A DNA stretch of 64,000 nucleotides from Eledone cirrhosa (Eukaryota), in contig OZ024741.1 of assembly GCA_964016885.1 (NCBI GenBank), forward strand, positions 4,402,001-4,466,000. The letters are read 5' to 3'. This document shows, one piece after another, positions 38,731 to 49,758 of the stretch. The notes beneath the pieces were generated by a model. It saw only the letters and a program-made list of their open reading frames with translations. It ran no database searches and was not told the origin of the DNA. The translations under genes and the position numbers were made by a program. Positions within the stretch are counted from its first letter, which is position 1; every line of letters begins with the position of its first letter.

Positions 38731-41700
38731 TTCAGAGTTGGTACCATAAATGTAGGCACCCTAAAGGGTCGCGCTAACGAGGTTGTAGAAATGCTTGAAC
38801 GTAAGGAGGTCGATGTTTGTTGTATTCAAGAGACCAGGTGGAGGGGTGGGTCTGCTAGATTCATTGAGGGTAAAAAACGATCTTATAAGCTTTTCTGGGT
38901 GGGAAACGACGATGGGCTGGGTGGAGTAGGAATCATGGTAGCAGAAAAGTGGGCAGATAAGATAATAGACGTAAATAGAGTGAACAACAGAATAATTAAA
39001 ATACGACTTGTCCTCAATAGAACTACGGTGACAGTAATATCTGCGTACGCACCCCAATCCGGACTGCCCGGCACTATAAAAGACAGATTCTATGAGACAC
39101 TGATGCTCACTACCTCCCAAATAACCGACAGTGACTATATAATTATTGCAGGCGACCTAAATGGTCACGTTGGACAACATTGTGATGGCTACGACGAAAT
39201 CCATGGAGGCTATGGGTTTGGTACTAGAAATGAGGAAGGCTCCAGAATCCTGGAATTCTGTGATGCAAATAACCTAACTATCTGTAATACTAACTTCAAA
39301 AAAACGTGACAATCACCTGATCACCTATAGATCCGGGGAACACACAAGCCAGGTAGATTATATCCTTACCAGAAGACGTGACAGAGTGTCTGTTGTAAAC
39401 ACTAAATCCCTCCCCCATGAAGAATGCACCTCCTAACATAGACTGATAATTAGCGACCTCATAGTCAGGACGAGACGTACTCGACAGCAGAAGAGGACTA
39501 TCCTCAGGAGAAAAATATGGAAGCTAAAGGACCCCACAGCCAGAAATAAATTTCAAAGCATATTACTTGATGCTTTCGACAGTAAGGAAGAGCATTTAGA
39601 GTTGGACAATATAGAGGGACAGTGGGAATTTCTGAAAGCAAACCTGCTGATGGCGACAGACGAAGTCTGTGGCTGGAGCAGGCCTGTAGGCAGTAGGAGA
39701 GTAACATGGTGGTGTAACAGTAAAGTGGAGGGGTCAATTAAGGCCAAAAAGCAGGCTTGGAAAGTATGGCGGGATGGGGGAAGTAGAGAAGACTATCAAG
39801 TGGCCAGGAGGGAAGCTAGGAGACAAGTGTACTTCGCAAGAAGGGAAGCAGAGGAAAGAAAGTTCAAGCATGTTCTACAACGCGAGGACCAAAAACGTGA
39901 GGTGTTCAGGATTGCTAGGCAATGCGTCAAGGAAAACCGTGATATTGTCGGGGAGAAGTGTGTACTTAATGATGACGGCGTACTTGCCATCACCGACGCT
40001 GATAAGAAGGTAGCTTGGAAGTGTCACTATGAAAGGCTACTAAGAGAATAAATGGGAGAAAGACAGTCTCCCCCACATCGACCCAATAGAGGGACCAGCA
40101 GTGTTAGTCGAGGGTAGTATAATAAGTAAGGCAATCAAGGATATGAAGACGGGTAAGGCGGCTGGGCCTTCGGAAATAGTTGCTGAGATGCTGAAGGCAT
40201 CTGGCACGGTGGGACACACCATGGTCACCCGCATAGTTAACCAAGTCGTACAGAATGGGGTTGTTCCGAAGGACTGGCATAGCAGCATCATCGTTAACTG
40301 TTATAAGGGTAAAGGAGACGCCCTAGATAGGAGTAACTATAGAGGCATTAAATTAATCGACCTGGTCATGAAGGTCACGGAAAAAGTAATAGTGCAACTA
40401 ATCAGAGAGAGAATTGACCTAGATGAAATGCAGTTCGGGTTTGTGTCAGGCAAAAGTACCACAGACGCTCTTTTCATTGTACGACAACTACAGGAGAAGT
40501 ACCTAGCTAAAGGTAAACCCCTCTACTTAGCTTTTGTCGACTTGGAGAAAGCCTTCGACAGAGTCCCCCCGCTCCATTATCTGGTGGGCTCTTAGAAAAC
40601 TAGGTGTTGACGAATGGCTTGTGAGAGCTATACAAGCCATGTATAAAGAAACAGTCAGCAAGGTTAGAATTAACAACGAATATAGTGAAGAGTTTAGCGT
40701 AAAAGTTGGCGTCCATCAGGGCTCTGTTCTCAGCCCCCTACTATTTATTATTGCCCTTCAGGCTATAACAGAGGAGTTCAAGACCGGCTGCCCATGGGAA
40801 CTCCTATACGCAGACGACCTGACACTCATAGCTGAATCAATGGCCGAGCTAGAGAAGAAATTCCAAACATGGGAGCACGGCCTAGAATCAAAAGGACTTA
40901 AAATTAGCCTGGCTAAGACTAAAGTTCTAGTTTGTAGGAAAGAAAATAAGGCGGTGGTCCCTTCTGGGAAATGGTCACGCTCAGTGTGTAGGAAAGGCGT
41001 AGGTAGAAACTCCATTTTATGTCCCAAATGCAAAGTATGGGTGCATAAAAGATGTAGTGGGATCACAGGTAAGCTAACTAAGAACATAGATTTTACATGT
41101 GGCCGGTGCTCTGGTGCAATAAGTAGCAGCAAGTGCCCACAAAATACTAGCTCTTTCAATTGCGCAGAGGGTTCTATAGAAATAGTGGACAGCTTCCGTT
41201 ACCTGGGCGATAAAATCAGCAGTGGGGGAGGGTGCTCTGAAAGTACAGTAGCTAGAGTCAGAACTGGTTGGAAAAAGTTCAGAGAGCTTATACCACTATT
41301 AGCTGCTAAAGGGTTCTCCCTAAAAATGAAAGGCAGGTTGTATGATGCCTGCATACGAACAGCAATGTTGCATGGCAGTGAGACCTGGGCATTGTGTGCA
41401 GAGGATACACGCAGACTAGAGAGGAACGAAGCTTGCATGCTCCGCTGGATGTGTAAAAGTAATATACGTGAACGGCAAAGCATAAACGAACTAAGGAAAA
41501 AATTAGAGATAAGAGGGATCAGATGTTGTTTACTCGAGAGAAGGCTACGTTGGTATGGACACGTGATGCGCATGAAAGTCGATAGCTGTATAACAAAGTG
41601 CAGGGCAATAAAGATAGACGGTAGTCACGGAATAGGCAGACCTAGAAAAACCTGGGACGAGCTGATAAACTCCAACCTCACACACTTACACCTCTCCAAG

Positions 41701-42141
41701 ACAATGTCACTGGACCGAGACCTTTGGTGGTACTCAGTAACAGAGAAGACCCGCCTTACCTAAATACATAGTAAAACCTACTACAGCCAGTAGGCATCTC
41801 TAACAAAATACACCCCGTCCCACCACCCCCACCCCATCCACACCGCCCCGTTCTATGTAAAGTTATGTTGGTGCCGCGCCATCCAGGCCGAAACAAATGA
41901 GATCGTGTAGGTGTCACGACAAAAAAACACACAGTCCACGCTGTAATGTGGCCATGTAGGCAACACGGTAAAAACCTCCCAGACCCACACTGTAAATGTG
42001 GTTGGTGTTAGGAAGGGCATCCAACTGTAGAAAACCTGTCAGACAGTCCTATGCGAGCAAGACAATCACTCTTGCCTCAAGTGGGACTACCCCCGTCCAA
42101 ACCCATGCAAGCGTGGAACACGGACGTTAAACGTTGATGAT
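38731..42141 (+). mobile_element. Near full-length RTE LINE (family A): APE endonuclease plus RT, several frameshifts and stops
   Basis: RVGTINVGTL..CIQETRW..SAYAPQ..AGDLNGHVG, RT motifs in ORFs 40101-40595 and 40534-41763, a ~380-bp 3' UTR and a terminal stem-loop. Confidence 0.96.
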
Positions 42142-42198
42142 AATATATATGTGTGTGTGTGTGTGTATCATCTGTGGGTATGGTGTGGTGTGCGGTGG

Positions 42199-42276
42199 CC
42201 GGAAGCTGGGGAGTGCTCGACCGGAAGAGTGCTTGACCGGAAGGGTGCTTGGCCGGAAGGGTGCTTGACCGGAAGG
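42199..42276 (+). repeat. Five CCGGAAG motifs, mostly in a 16-bp unit
   Basis: CCGGAAG at 42199, 42221, 42237, 42253 and 42269. Confidence 0.85.
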
Positions 42277-42442
42277 GCCAGCAGATTGGCATCTCTCTAG
42301 TGGTGACCAGGAACGGTGTGGACGCGAGTTAGGCAGCTCCTGGGTGTTAATGAGTTGGACGCACGTGGAAGAGGAGACACCAGCCATGGGATTTAGCGGG
42401 GCCTATGAAAAGTGGTAAGTGAGATAGCTCTTTTTAACCACA

Positions 42443-42600
42443 TCATCATCATTTTACGTCCGCTTTTCCCTGCTTGCAAGGGTGGGAACTGATTCTGGCT
42501 TGATTTCTACAGCTGGATGCCCTTCCTAACATCAACCTCATTTACAGTGAGTGCTGGGTGCTACTTTGCCGTGGCACCTCCACGACCACTTTGCAGTGGA
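42443..42600 (-). mobile_element. Short RTE-tail-bearing element with a family B-type terminus
   Basis: CATCATTTTACGTCCGCTTTTCC..CTTGCAAGGGTGGGA joined to the GGATGCCCTTCCTAAC module. Confidence 0.7.
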
Positions 42601-42619
42601 ATGATAGGGCCCCAGTCCT

Positions 42620-42760
42620 ATCATCTCATTTTTACAGCTGAGTAAACTGGAGCAATGTGAAATAAAGTCTTGCTCAACAACACATCACCCAGTCTGAGAA
42701 TTGAACTCACAACCTTTCGATTGCAAGGCCAATGCTCTAACCACTAAGCCATGTGCCTCC
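42620..42760 (-). mobile_element. tRNA-derived SINE (second family), 5' part
   Basis: Minus strand A-box TGGCTTAGTGG and B-box GAGTTCAATTC, followed by TTGAGCAAGACTTTATTTCACATTGCTCCAGT. Confidence 0.8.
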
Positions 42761-42806
<46 letters not shown>

Positions 42807-42867
42807 ATATATGTGTATATATAGGTATATATATATGCGTATATATATATATGTGTATATGTATGTA

Positions 42868-44174
42868 CAGGGTGCTGACGATATTTGTTCGCAAGATTAC
42901 TGTCTAGGAAAAAATAACACAGTAGTTTTATTTTTTAAGATATATTTATCAAACTTGGATCAGTTTGTCTTCATGATTTGTTCTTTCGATCTCACTCGAT
43001 AAATCTGCCATTAGCTTTGATGACGGCCTCAAGGCGGCCTCGGAACCGGCTACAGGCCTTCATCACTGTCCCCCGACTTAGGCCCCTAAAGGCACTTGTG
43101 ATCCTGGCCTTCAGATCGTCTTTTGTATTTCAGCTAGATCTGTTGGTGTCTCGTTCCACTGCGCCCCACACAAAGAAGTCGAGGAGGTTGCAGTAAGGCG
43201 AGCTGGGAGGCCAGATGTCAGGGGAAGTGTGGTCAACGAAGTTCTCTGACAGCCAGGCTTGGGTCTTTCGGCTGGTATGACAGAGAGCTGAGTCTTGTTG
43301 CCACACGTACGGCCTACCTGCAGCTACCTGGTCGATCCAGGGCTTTACTACCTCGCTCAGAATGCGGATGTAGCCATCGGTGTTCAGCTTGGGGCCCTCA
43401 GGGAAGAAGTGAGGTGGCATGACGTCACCTTGACTGCTGACGACACCTAAGACCAATTTTGTCGCTGGATACTTTGTCTGCATGAGACAGCGAAACTTTG
43501 TCTTTGGATGAGACAGCGAGCCACCTGTTGTTCTGGGAGTTGATCTTCTGGTCTTGGCAGAAGTTTTTCTCGTCGGAGAAAAACCACAGCATGTCTGGCT
43601 GCAGTTGGTGTTTCAACTTGATCAGCTTCTTTGCGTGCTTCAGTCACTTTTCTTGCATCGCCTTTGACAGAAATTGTCCTTTCCTCATCTTGTATGAAAC
43701 GTAGCGAATGTCTTCATGTACCACCAGCCTAATGAGCCTTTCATCCACGCCTTTCTCCCTTGCAATGGCACGCATCGACTTGCCAGGTTCATTGTTGATG
43801 ATATCCTGAACTTCAGCGACGAACTCGGGCGTTCTGAAGGCATCAGATCGTCGTCATGTGTTTTCCTCTCTGATGTTGCTTCATAGTCGAATCCTGAATC
43901 TTCCAATTCCTTTCTGACCTTTTCCACCATTCTCCTGCTGAAGCTGAAAAAGTCTGAAATTTCCTTATTTGTCCTCCTGGCGCGGATTCCAAGAAGAACT
44001 CCGTGTCTCTTCCACAAATTTGGAGGTTCAAAATTATTCATAATCAATTATTCTGAAAATAAATAATGGAAATATAGTCACTGTTTTTATGAAGACAAGA
44101 GTGACAACGGAAATAAGAAAAATTTGCATAAAATTAGCAGTTGAAAATTGCGAACAAATATCGTCCACACCCTG
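42868..44174 (-). mobile_element. Full-length Tc1/mariner transposon, DD37D (maT) family, transposase pseudogenised
   Basis: 27-bp TIRs CAGGGTG(CT/TG)GACGATATTTGTTCGCAA with TA on both flanks. Motifs FSDEK, WQQDSA and WPPSSP..NLLD, with 37 residues between the last two Asp. Frameshifts and stops are present. Confidence 0.95.
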
Positions 44175-44375
44175 TATATATATGTGTGTGTATATATATA
44201 TACATACATATATATATGTATATGTATGTATATATGTATGTATATGTGTATATGTATGTATATGTGTATATGTATATATAAATGTGTATATGTATGTATA
44301 TGTGTATATGTATATATAATGTGTATGTATATGTGTATATATAAATGTGTGTATGTATATGTGTATATATTTATG

Positions 44376-44983
44376 TCAGGTCACCAGTTGGTGCTACTGG
44401 TAACATGTATCCCAGTACAACCTGTCCCATGGTCTGGTCGTTGGCAACTAAACTGGCAACCCCACCAAGGTTTCTTGGTGAGGAGGGTGACTTTGGACAT
44501 CCTGCAGGACTAAAAACAAAACCTGTCAAAGCGCAAAGAAGCTCTTAAGAGTCAATGGCCATCGAAAATCACCGGGAGAGATGACCCCTTAGCCTTTGTC
44601 AAGGCAGAATTCTAGGAGAAGGAAAACTCTGATATAACACCTGCAACTCTGATGGTATCCAATGATGTTGACTTGTTCTTCTTTTTGGTAAATATCATCT
44701 TGGTTAAGAGAGTGGGACTGGCTTTGTGCAGTGCCTTTGCTCACTATAAAAGCTTCACGGCACAGGCATTGCTTTATATCTGGAGATCTCTCTGCACTTG
44801 TCGTCACATGGTACCATGGGCCCAGCACTATGTGTCAATAATTGTCACAAGTGTAGTGTTTGTACCAGAGTTTTCAAGTCGCTGGCTGGACAAAAAAGTC
44901 ACACTCGTTCAGCGCATCGGTAGGGGTTCTCCTACATGGATATAAAGTAGTGGCCGTACTCGAAAACGAGTTGGCAGCCACCA
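44376..44983 (+). mobile_element. Dispersed non-coding repeat resembling an RTE 5' leader; related copies at ~45040-45365 and ~48976-49423
   Basis: The copies share TCTAGGAGAAGG.AAACTCTGA.ATAA.ACC and GAGAGTGGGA.TGGCT..GTGCA motifs and end in GC(A/T)GCCA(C/T)CAT. Confidence 0.6.
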
Positions 44984-45402
44984 TATATATATGTATATAT
45001 AAATGTGTGTATATATATGTATATATATGTGTGGGGACATAGCAATAATTATGCTGGATACCAGATGGCGTGATTAAACCACTGGGAGTGAAGGACCCCT
45101 ATCCTTTGTCAGGGCATTCTTCTAGGAGAAGGCAACTCAAGAAACTGGGATAACTCTGACATAAATCCCGCGGCTCAGTAGCTACTGATGATGTTGATCT
45201 TTTCTTCTTTAAGGTTTATAGTTGCTGTCACTCAGAGAATGGGATTGGCTCATTGCACAGTCTTTCCTCACTTAAAAAAAATCTTCACACACAGGCATTG
45301 CACGATAGCATTAATAATGTTATATCGTGCAATGGCCATACTCGATATCGAGGGGGCAGCCATCATATATATGTGTATGTATATATGTATATATATATAT
45401 AC

Positions 45403-45590
45403 CATCATCATCGTTTCACATCTACTTTCCACGCTAGCATGGGTTAGACGGGTTTGTCCCATTTGAAGCAAGTTGGGTCGGATGACCATGTCTTGCTCAT
45501 ATAGGACTGTTTCTAACTGGTTTTCTTAACGCCAAAATTTACAGTGTGGGCTGCGTGCTTTTTGTCATGACACCTACATGACCACAGGTC
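45403..45590 (-). mobile_element. Short RTE-tail-bearing element
   Basis: (CAT)n followed by TTCCACGCTAGCATGGGTTAGACG. Confidence 0.7.
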
Positions 45591-46253
45591 ATGAAGGTTA
45601 CAGAAAGATTTGTAGCACAACTGATTAGGGACCAAGTTAACCTCGATGAGATGCAGTTCAAATTTGTGCCAGGTAAAAGTAACACTGATGCCATCTTCCT
45701 TTTGAGGCAACTGTAGGAGAAGTACCTAGCTAAAAGTAAACCCCTCTTCTTGGCATTTGTGGTCCTGGAGAAAGCTTTTGACAGTCCCCCATTCCATTAT
45801 CTGATGGGCCCTTAGAAAACGAGGAGTAGATGTGTTGTTTGTGAAGGCAGTACAAGGCATGTATAGAAGAACAGCCAGCAAGGTTAGAATTAATGACGAC
45901 TATAGTGAAGGATTTAGTGTAGAGGTACGTATCCATCAAGGATCCATTTTTAACCCTCTCCTGTTTATTACAGTCCTACAGGCTATAACAGAAGAGTTTA
46001 AGACTGGCTACCCCTGGCAACTTCTGTATACAGATGATCTAACCCTTATAGCTAAATCTATGGCAGAACTAAAGAAATTTCAAACCTGGAAGCATGGCCT
46101 AGAATCAAAAGGTCTTAAAGTTAACTTATCAAAGACTAAAGTCCTATTATGTAGAAAGGAAAACAGGACCCAGATTCCTTGAGGGAAATGGCCTTGCTCA
46201 GTGTGCAGGAAAGGAGTAGGTAGAAATTTCATCCTGTGTCCCAAATGCAAATT
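45585..46253 (+). mobile_element. Degraded RTE RT fragment
   Basis: HQGSIFNPLLF, LYTDDL and KTKVL motifs with many stops. Confidence 0.85.
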
Positions 46254-46427
46254 ATTCGATACACCCCTACATCCTAACACCCCTCCCTTCATCCATGTCC
46301 CTCTCTCCTCCTTGCACCTCCCATGTCCTAACATCACACCCTTCATCCATGTCCCCACCTCCACATAAATGCTCCACTCTAGATCTACCTCACTAAACCC
46401 TATGTATCTCCCCCTCCCCATCACTAT

Positions 46428-46790
46428 GTCCACACTGTAAATGTAGTTGTGTAGGTGTCACAACAAAAAGCACCCAGTCCACCCTGTAAAGTGGTTATGT
46501 AGGTGTCACAACAAAAAGCACCCAGTCCACACTGTAAAGTGGTCATGTAGGTGACACAACAAAAAGCACCCAGTCCACACTGTAAAGTGGTTATGTAGGT
46601 GTCACAACAAAAAGCACCCAGTCCACACTGTAAAGTGGTTATGTAGGTGTCACAACAAAAAGTACCCAGTCCACCCTGTAAAGTGGCTGTGTAGATGTCA
46701 TGACAAAAAGCACCCAGTCCACACTGTAAATGTAGTTGGTGTTAGGAAGGGCATCCAGCTATAGAAACCAAGCCAGGAACAGTTTTGTAT
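46428..46790 (+). repeat. ~6.5 tandem copies of a 48-bp unit from the RTE-A 3' UTR/SINE module
   Basis: GTCCACACTGTAAAGTGGTTATGTAGGTGTCACAACAAAAAGCACCCA starting at 46428, 46477, 46525, 46573, 46621, 46669 and 46717. Confidence 0.9.
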
Positions 46791-46799
46791 GTGCAAGAG

Positions 46800-47305
46800 T
46801 TGGTTTGTCTCACAGCTGGACAACTTGGTTGACCTCTACTGCTCCCTTTCTCTGGCCATATTGGGCCCTGTGGGGGCAAGGTATCGGGTTAGATCATTGT
46901 GCCATCTTGTCTTGGTCCACCCTCTAGTTCTTTTCCACTGCCTTGGTGTCTACACTGTCACTCTAATAGTCCACCTATTGTCTCTAAAACAAGAGACATG
47001 GCCACCAATCCATCTATATTTGCCCCTTGACGGTCTCGATTATGTCTTTCACTCCAGTCTGCTGTCAAATCTAAGTGTTGCTCTTCCTGTCACATAATGC
47101 GATGCCAAGCATGATTCACTCCATTTTACGTTGAGCCACTGCAAGTCTCTGCGGTAGTGGTGTTGAGTGCCCACGTCTCACTTCCATATGTCGTCACCAG
47201 CAGAACATATTCATTAAACAGCTTTTTCTTGGTTTTGATTGTTAACTTGGGACTTCTAATGATGTTATAAACTTTCCTAAAAGCTGCCCAATCAATGTTC
47301 TTTCT
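46800..47305 (-). mobile_element. Old RTE C-terminal fragments
   Basis: Translates to WAAFRK..KTKKKLFNEYVL..TYGSETWAL. Confidence 0.65.
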
Positions 47306-47429
47306 GAGGTACACACATATATGTATATATGTGTGTGTGTGTTTGTGTATATATATGTGTGTGTGTGTGTGTATAAATATACGTGTGTGTATGGTTTTTG
47401 ATATGAAATCGTGTGTCGAAACAAATATT

Positions 47430-47878
47430 GTTATACTTGGGGAGGGTCATAAAGTTGTAATAATATTGCCAGAAATAATAACAGAACACACTCACTGTTT
47501 GGTTGGTTTTCTCTTCTGTATCTTTTATATCTCCATAGTTAATTCATTTGGCAATCAATATTTATCATTGATTGACCAACGATTAAAAATACAGATATAA
47601 ATATATATATATATATAGTCTATCAAAGTTCTTTCGTTGCACATCTACAACATCCATCAGTGGTACTATTATGTTTCCTCCTGTTGTATTGTATATCTAC
47701 GCCATTTTTATTTTATTTATTTATTTATTTATATCTGTATTTTTAATCGTTGGTCAATCAATGATAAACATTGATTGCCAAACGAATTAACTATGGAGAT
47801 ATAAAAGATACAGTGAGTGTGTTCTGTTATTATTTCTGGCAATATTATTACAACAATATGACCCTCCCCAAATATAAC
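47430..47878. repeat. Long inverted repeat with ~150-170 bp arms and a ~120 bp spacer
   Basis: 47430-47603 is the reverse complement of 47726-47878 apart from a ~21-bp indel and a few substitutions. Confidence 0.92.
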
Positions 47879-47888
47879 CAAATATAAC

Positions 47889-47919
<31 letters not shown>

Positions 47920-48519
47920 TTAAGTCAAGTCAGATCAGATGACCATGTCTTACTCATTCAGAACTGTTTCTGGCCTGGTTTCTGCTAGATGCTCTTCCTA
48001 ATGCCAACCACATTTACAATGTTGCTTGGGTGCTGTTTGTTGTGGCTCCAAAACAACCATTTTACATGGTGATCTGTGAATTTATTATCATGTTGTGTTG
48101 CTAGCACGACCACCCTACAAGGTTGGCTAGGTGCTTTTTGTCATGTGTTACCTAGCAGAGAGGACTTTGTGTTCTTTTGTTGTGTAACCAGAGGACCACC
48201 TTACAGGGTGGACTGAGAGCTTTTAGCCATTTCAGTAGCATTGTGGGGAGCGTATTCATCTTTCCACATTTGTATCCATGGATTGGTGAAGAGAGGTGCA
48301 TCAGATGGTGAAAGTGAGGGTGTAGGGCAGGGATTTGAGAGGTAGGTCTAGGTGGCATATTTAGCTGGTGAATTTTTTAATGTCCACTTTCCCTGCTAGC
48401 AAAGGTTGGACGAGTCTACATAGACCAAGTCAGTACTGAAATGGAGGCTACTGATCTTTCTGACAACCAGGGGAGGTTGTCATGTCTATGTGTATGGTGA
48501 AGTCATTTTAGAAGTGGAA

Positions 48520-48716
48520 GAGATGAGGTTGAAGATGTAAAAAAAGCTATTTTGACATGGTTTAAATCACATGGCCCTCAGTTTTACACAGATGGACTTA
48601 AAGGCTGGTATCAACACCTGCAGAAGTGTTGACCTAGAGCATATATTGAAAAATAAACATCATAACGTTTTTTTCCAACTGTCCTTTTTCCACAAACTTT
48701 TTGAAGCTCCCTCATA
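48520..48716 (+). mobile_element. Mariner-type transposase C-terminal remnant
   Basis: Translates to EDVKKAILTWFKSHGPQFYTDGLK..QKC...YIEK*, followed by a TIR-like end before TA. Confidence 0.55.
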
Positions 48717-49758
48717 TATATAAATATATACCTACATAAATTCTGGGAGCCTGTCTTTCTTATTCTGTGTACTCTGGCCATCTTTCTCTCTCCAATGACG
48801 AAGTTTCTAATATCACAGACGGAATTGAAGGCCTTTGAAAGAAACTGAACCACATTTTCATTGCCTTGTAGTTCTTGTTGAGGTGTTAGAAATTATTATT
48901 ATTGTTGTTGTTATTGATCATCTCGGCTTTCTTCCAGCACACACCCAGGTTTCTCTATGTATGTGTGCGTGTATGTGTCAGGTCGCTCTTCAGCGCTACT
49001 GGTAACATATAACCCTGTGCATGGTGACTTTGGACACCCAGGATGAAAAACAAGACACGTCAAAGGGTGGAGGAACTCCAGAGAGTCAACAGCCATCCAA
49101 TAAAGTATTTCTTTAAGACATCTCTGTAAGAGAAGATCACTCTGATATAAAACCTGCAACTTCATTTGCATCCAATGATGTAGATATGTTCTTCTTTTGG
49201 GGTAAATGCATTCGATGTTCAGAGAGTGGGATTGGCTCTGTGCAAAGCCTTTCCTCACTAAAAAAGCTTCAAACATAGGCATCGCTTGATATGTCACATT
49301 TTTTTGCAATGCATGGTATTGCTGGCCATAGGCAAGTCCTATGCAGGACAAAACGCCATGTCCGTGATGCTCATGCTTAAGTATCAAGCGGTGGCATTAC
49401 TCCAAATCGTGTTGCTGCCATCATTATGTATGTATGTATGTAAGAGTGCAGCATGTGTGTGTATATAGCAAATATGTAGTGGAAGTCATTTTAGCCATTC
49501 AAAAAGGCCACAAAATCTATGCTTTTCATTTATTTTGCTGTCTAAATTTTTGTCGCACTCTTTACAACCAGGTCACTGACACAATTCCATTACACACTCA
49601 CACATATATAGGGTATTATATATAGGACATAACGACCCCTCTAGTGTGGGTGACTTACACGATAAACACACAAAGTAAAGTGGTTGCTGAGAGGAGGAAG
49701 ACCCTCAATTATGTCAAAGACATGACAACCTCTCCTGAACACTCGATGGAACTGTATG

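Noticed and set aside
42690-42760. tRNA gene
   Set aside because: A and B boxes are present but there is no matching acceptor stem, and it continues into a SINE body.
42872-42884. GGTGCTGACGATA in the maT TIR, identical to the start of the 62074 hammerhead
   Set aside because: There is no stem II or GAAA downstream and the other TIR reads GTGGACGA, so it is a chance match.
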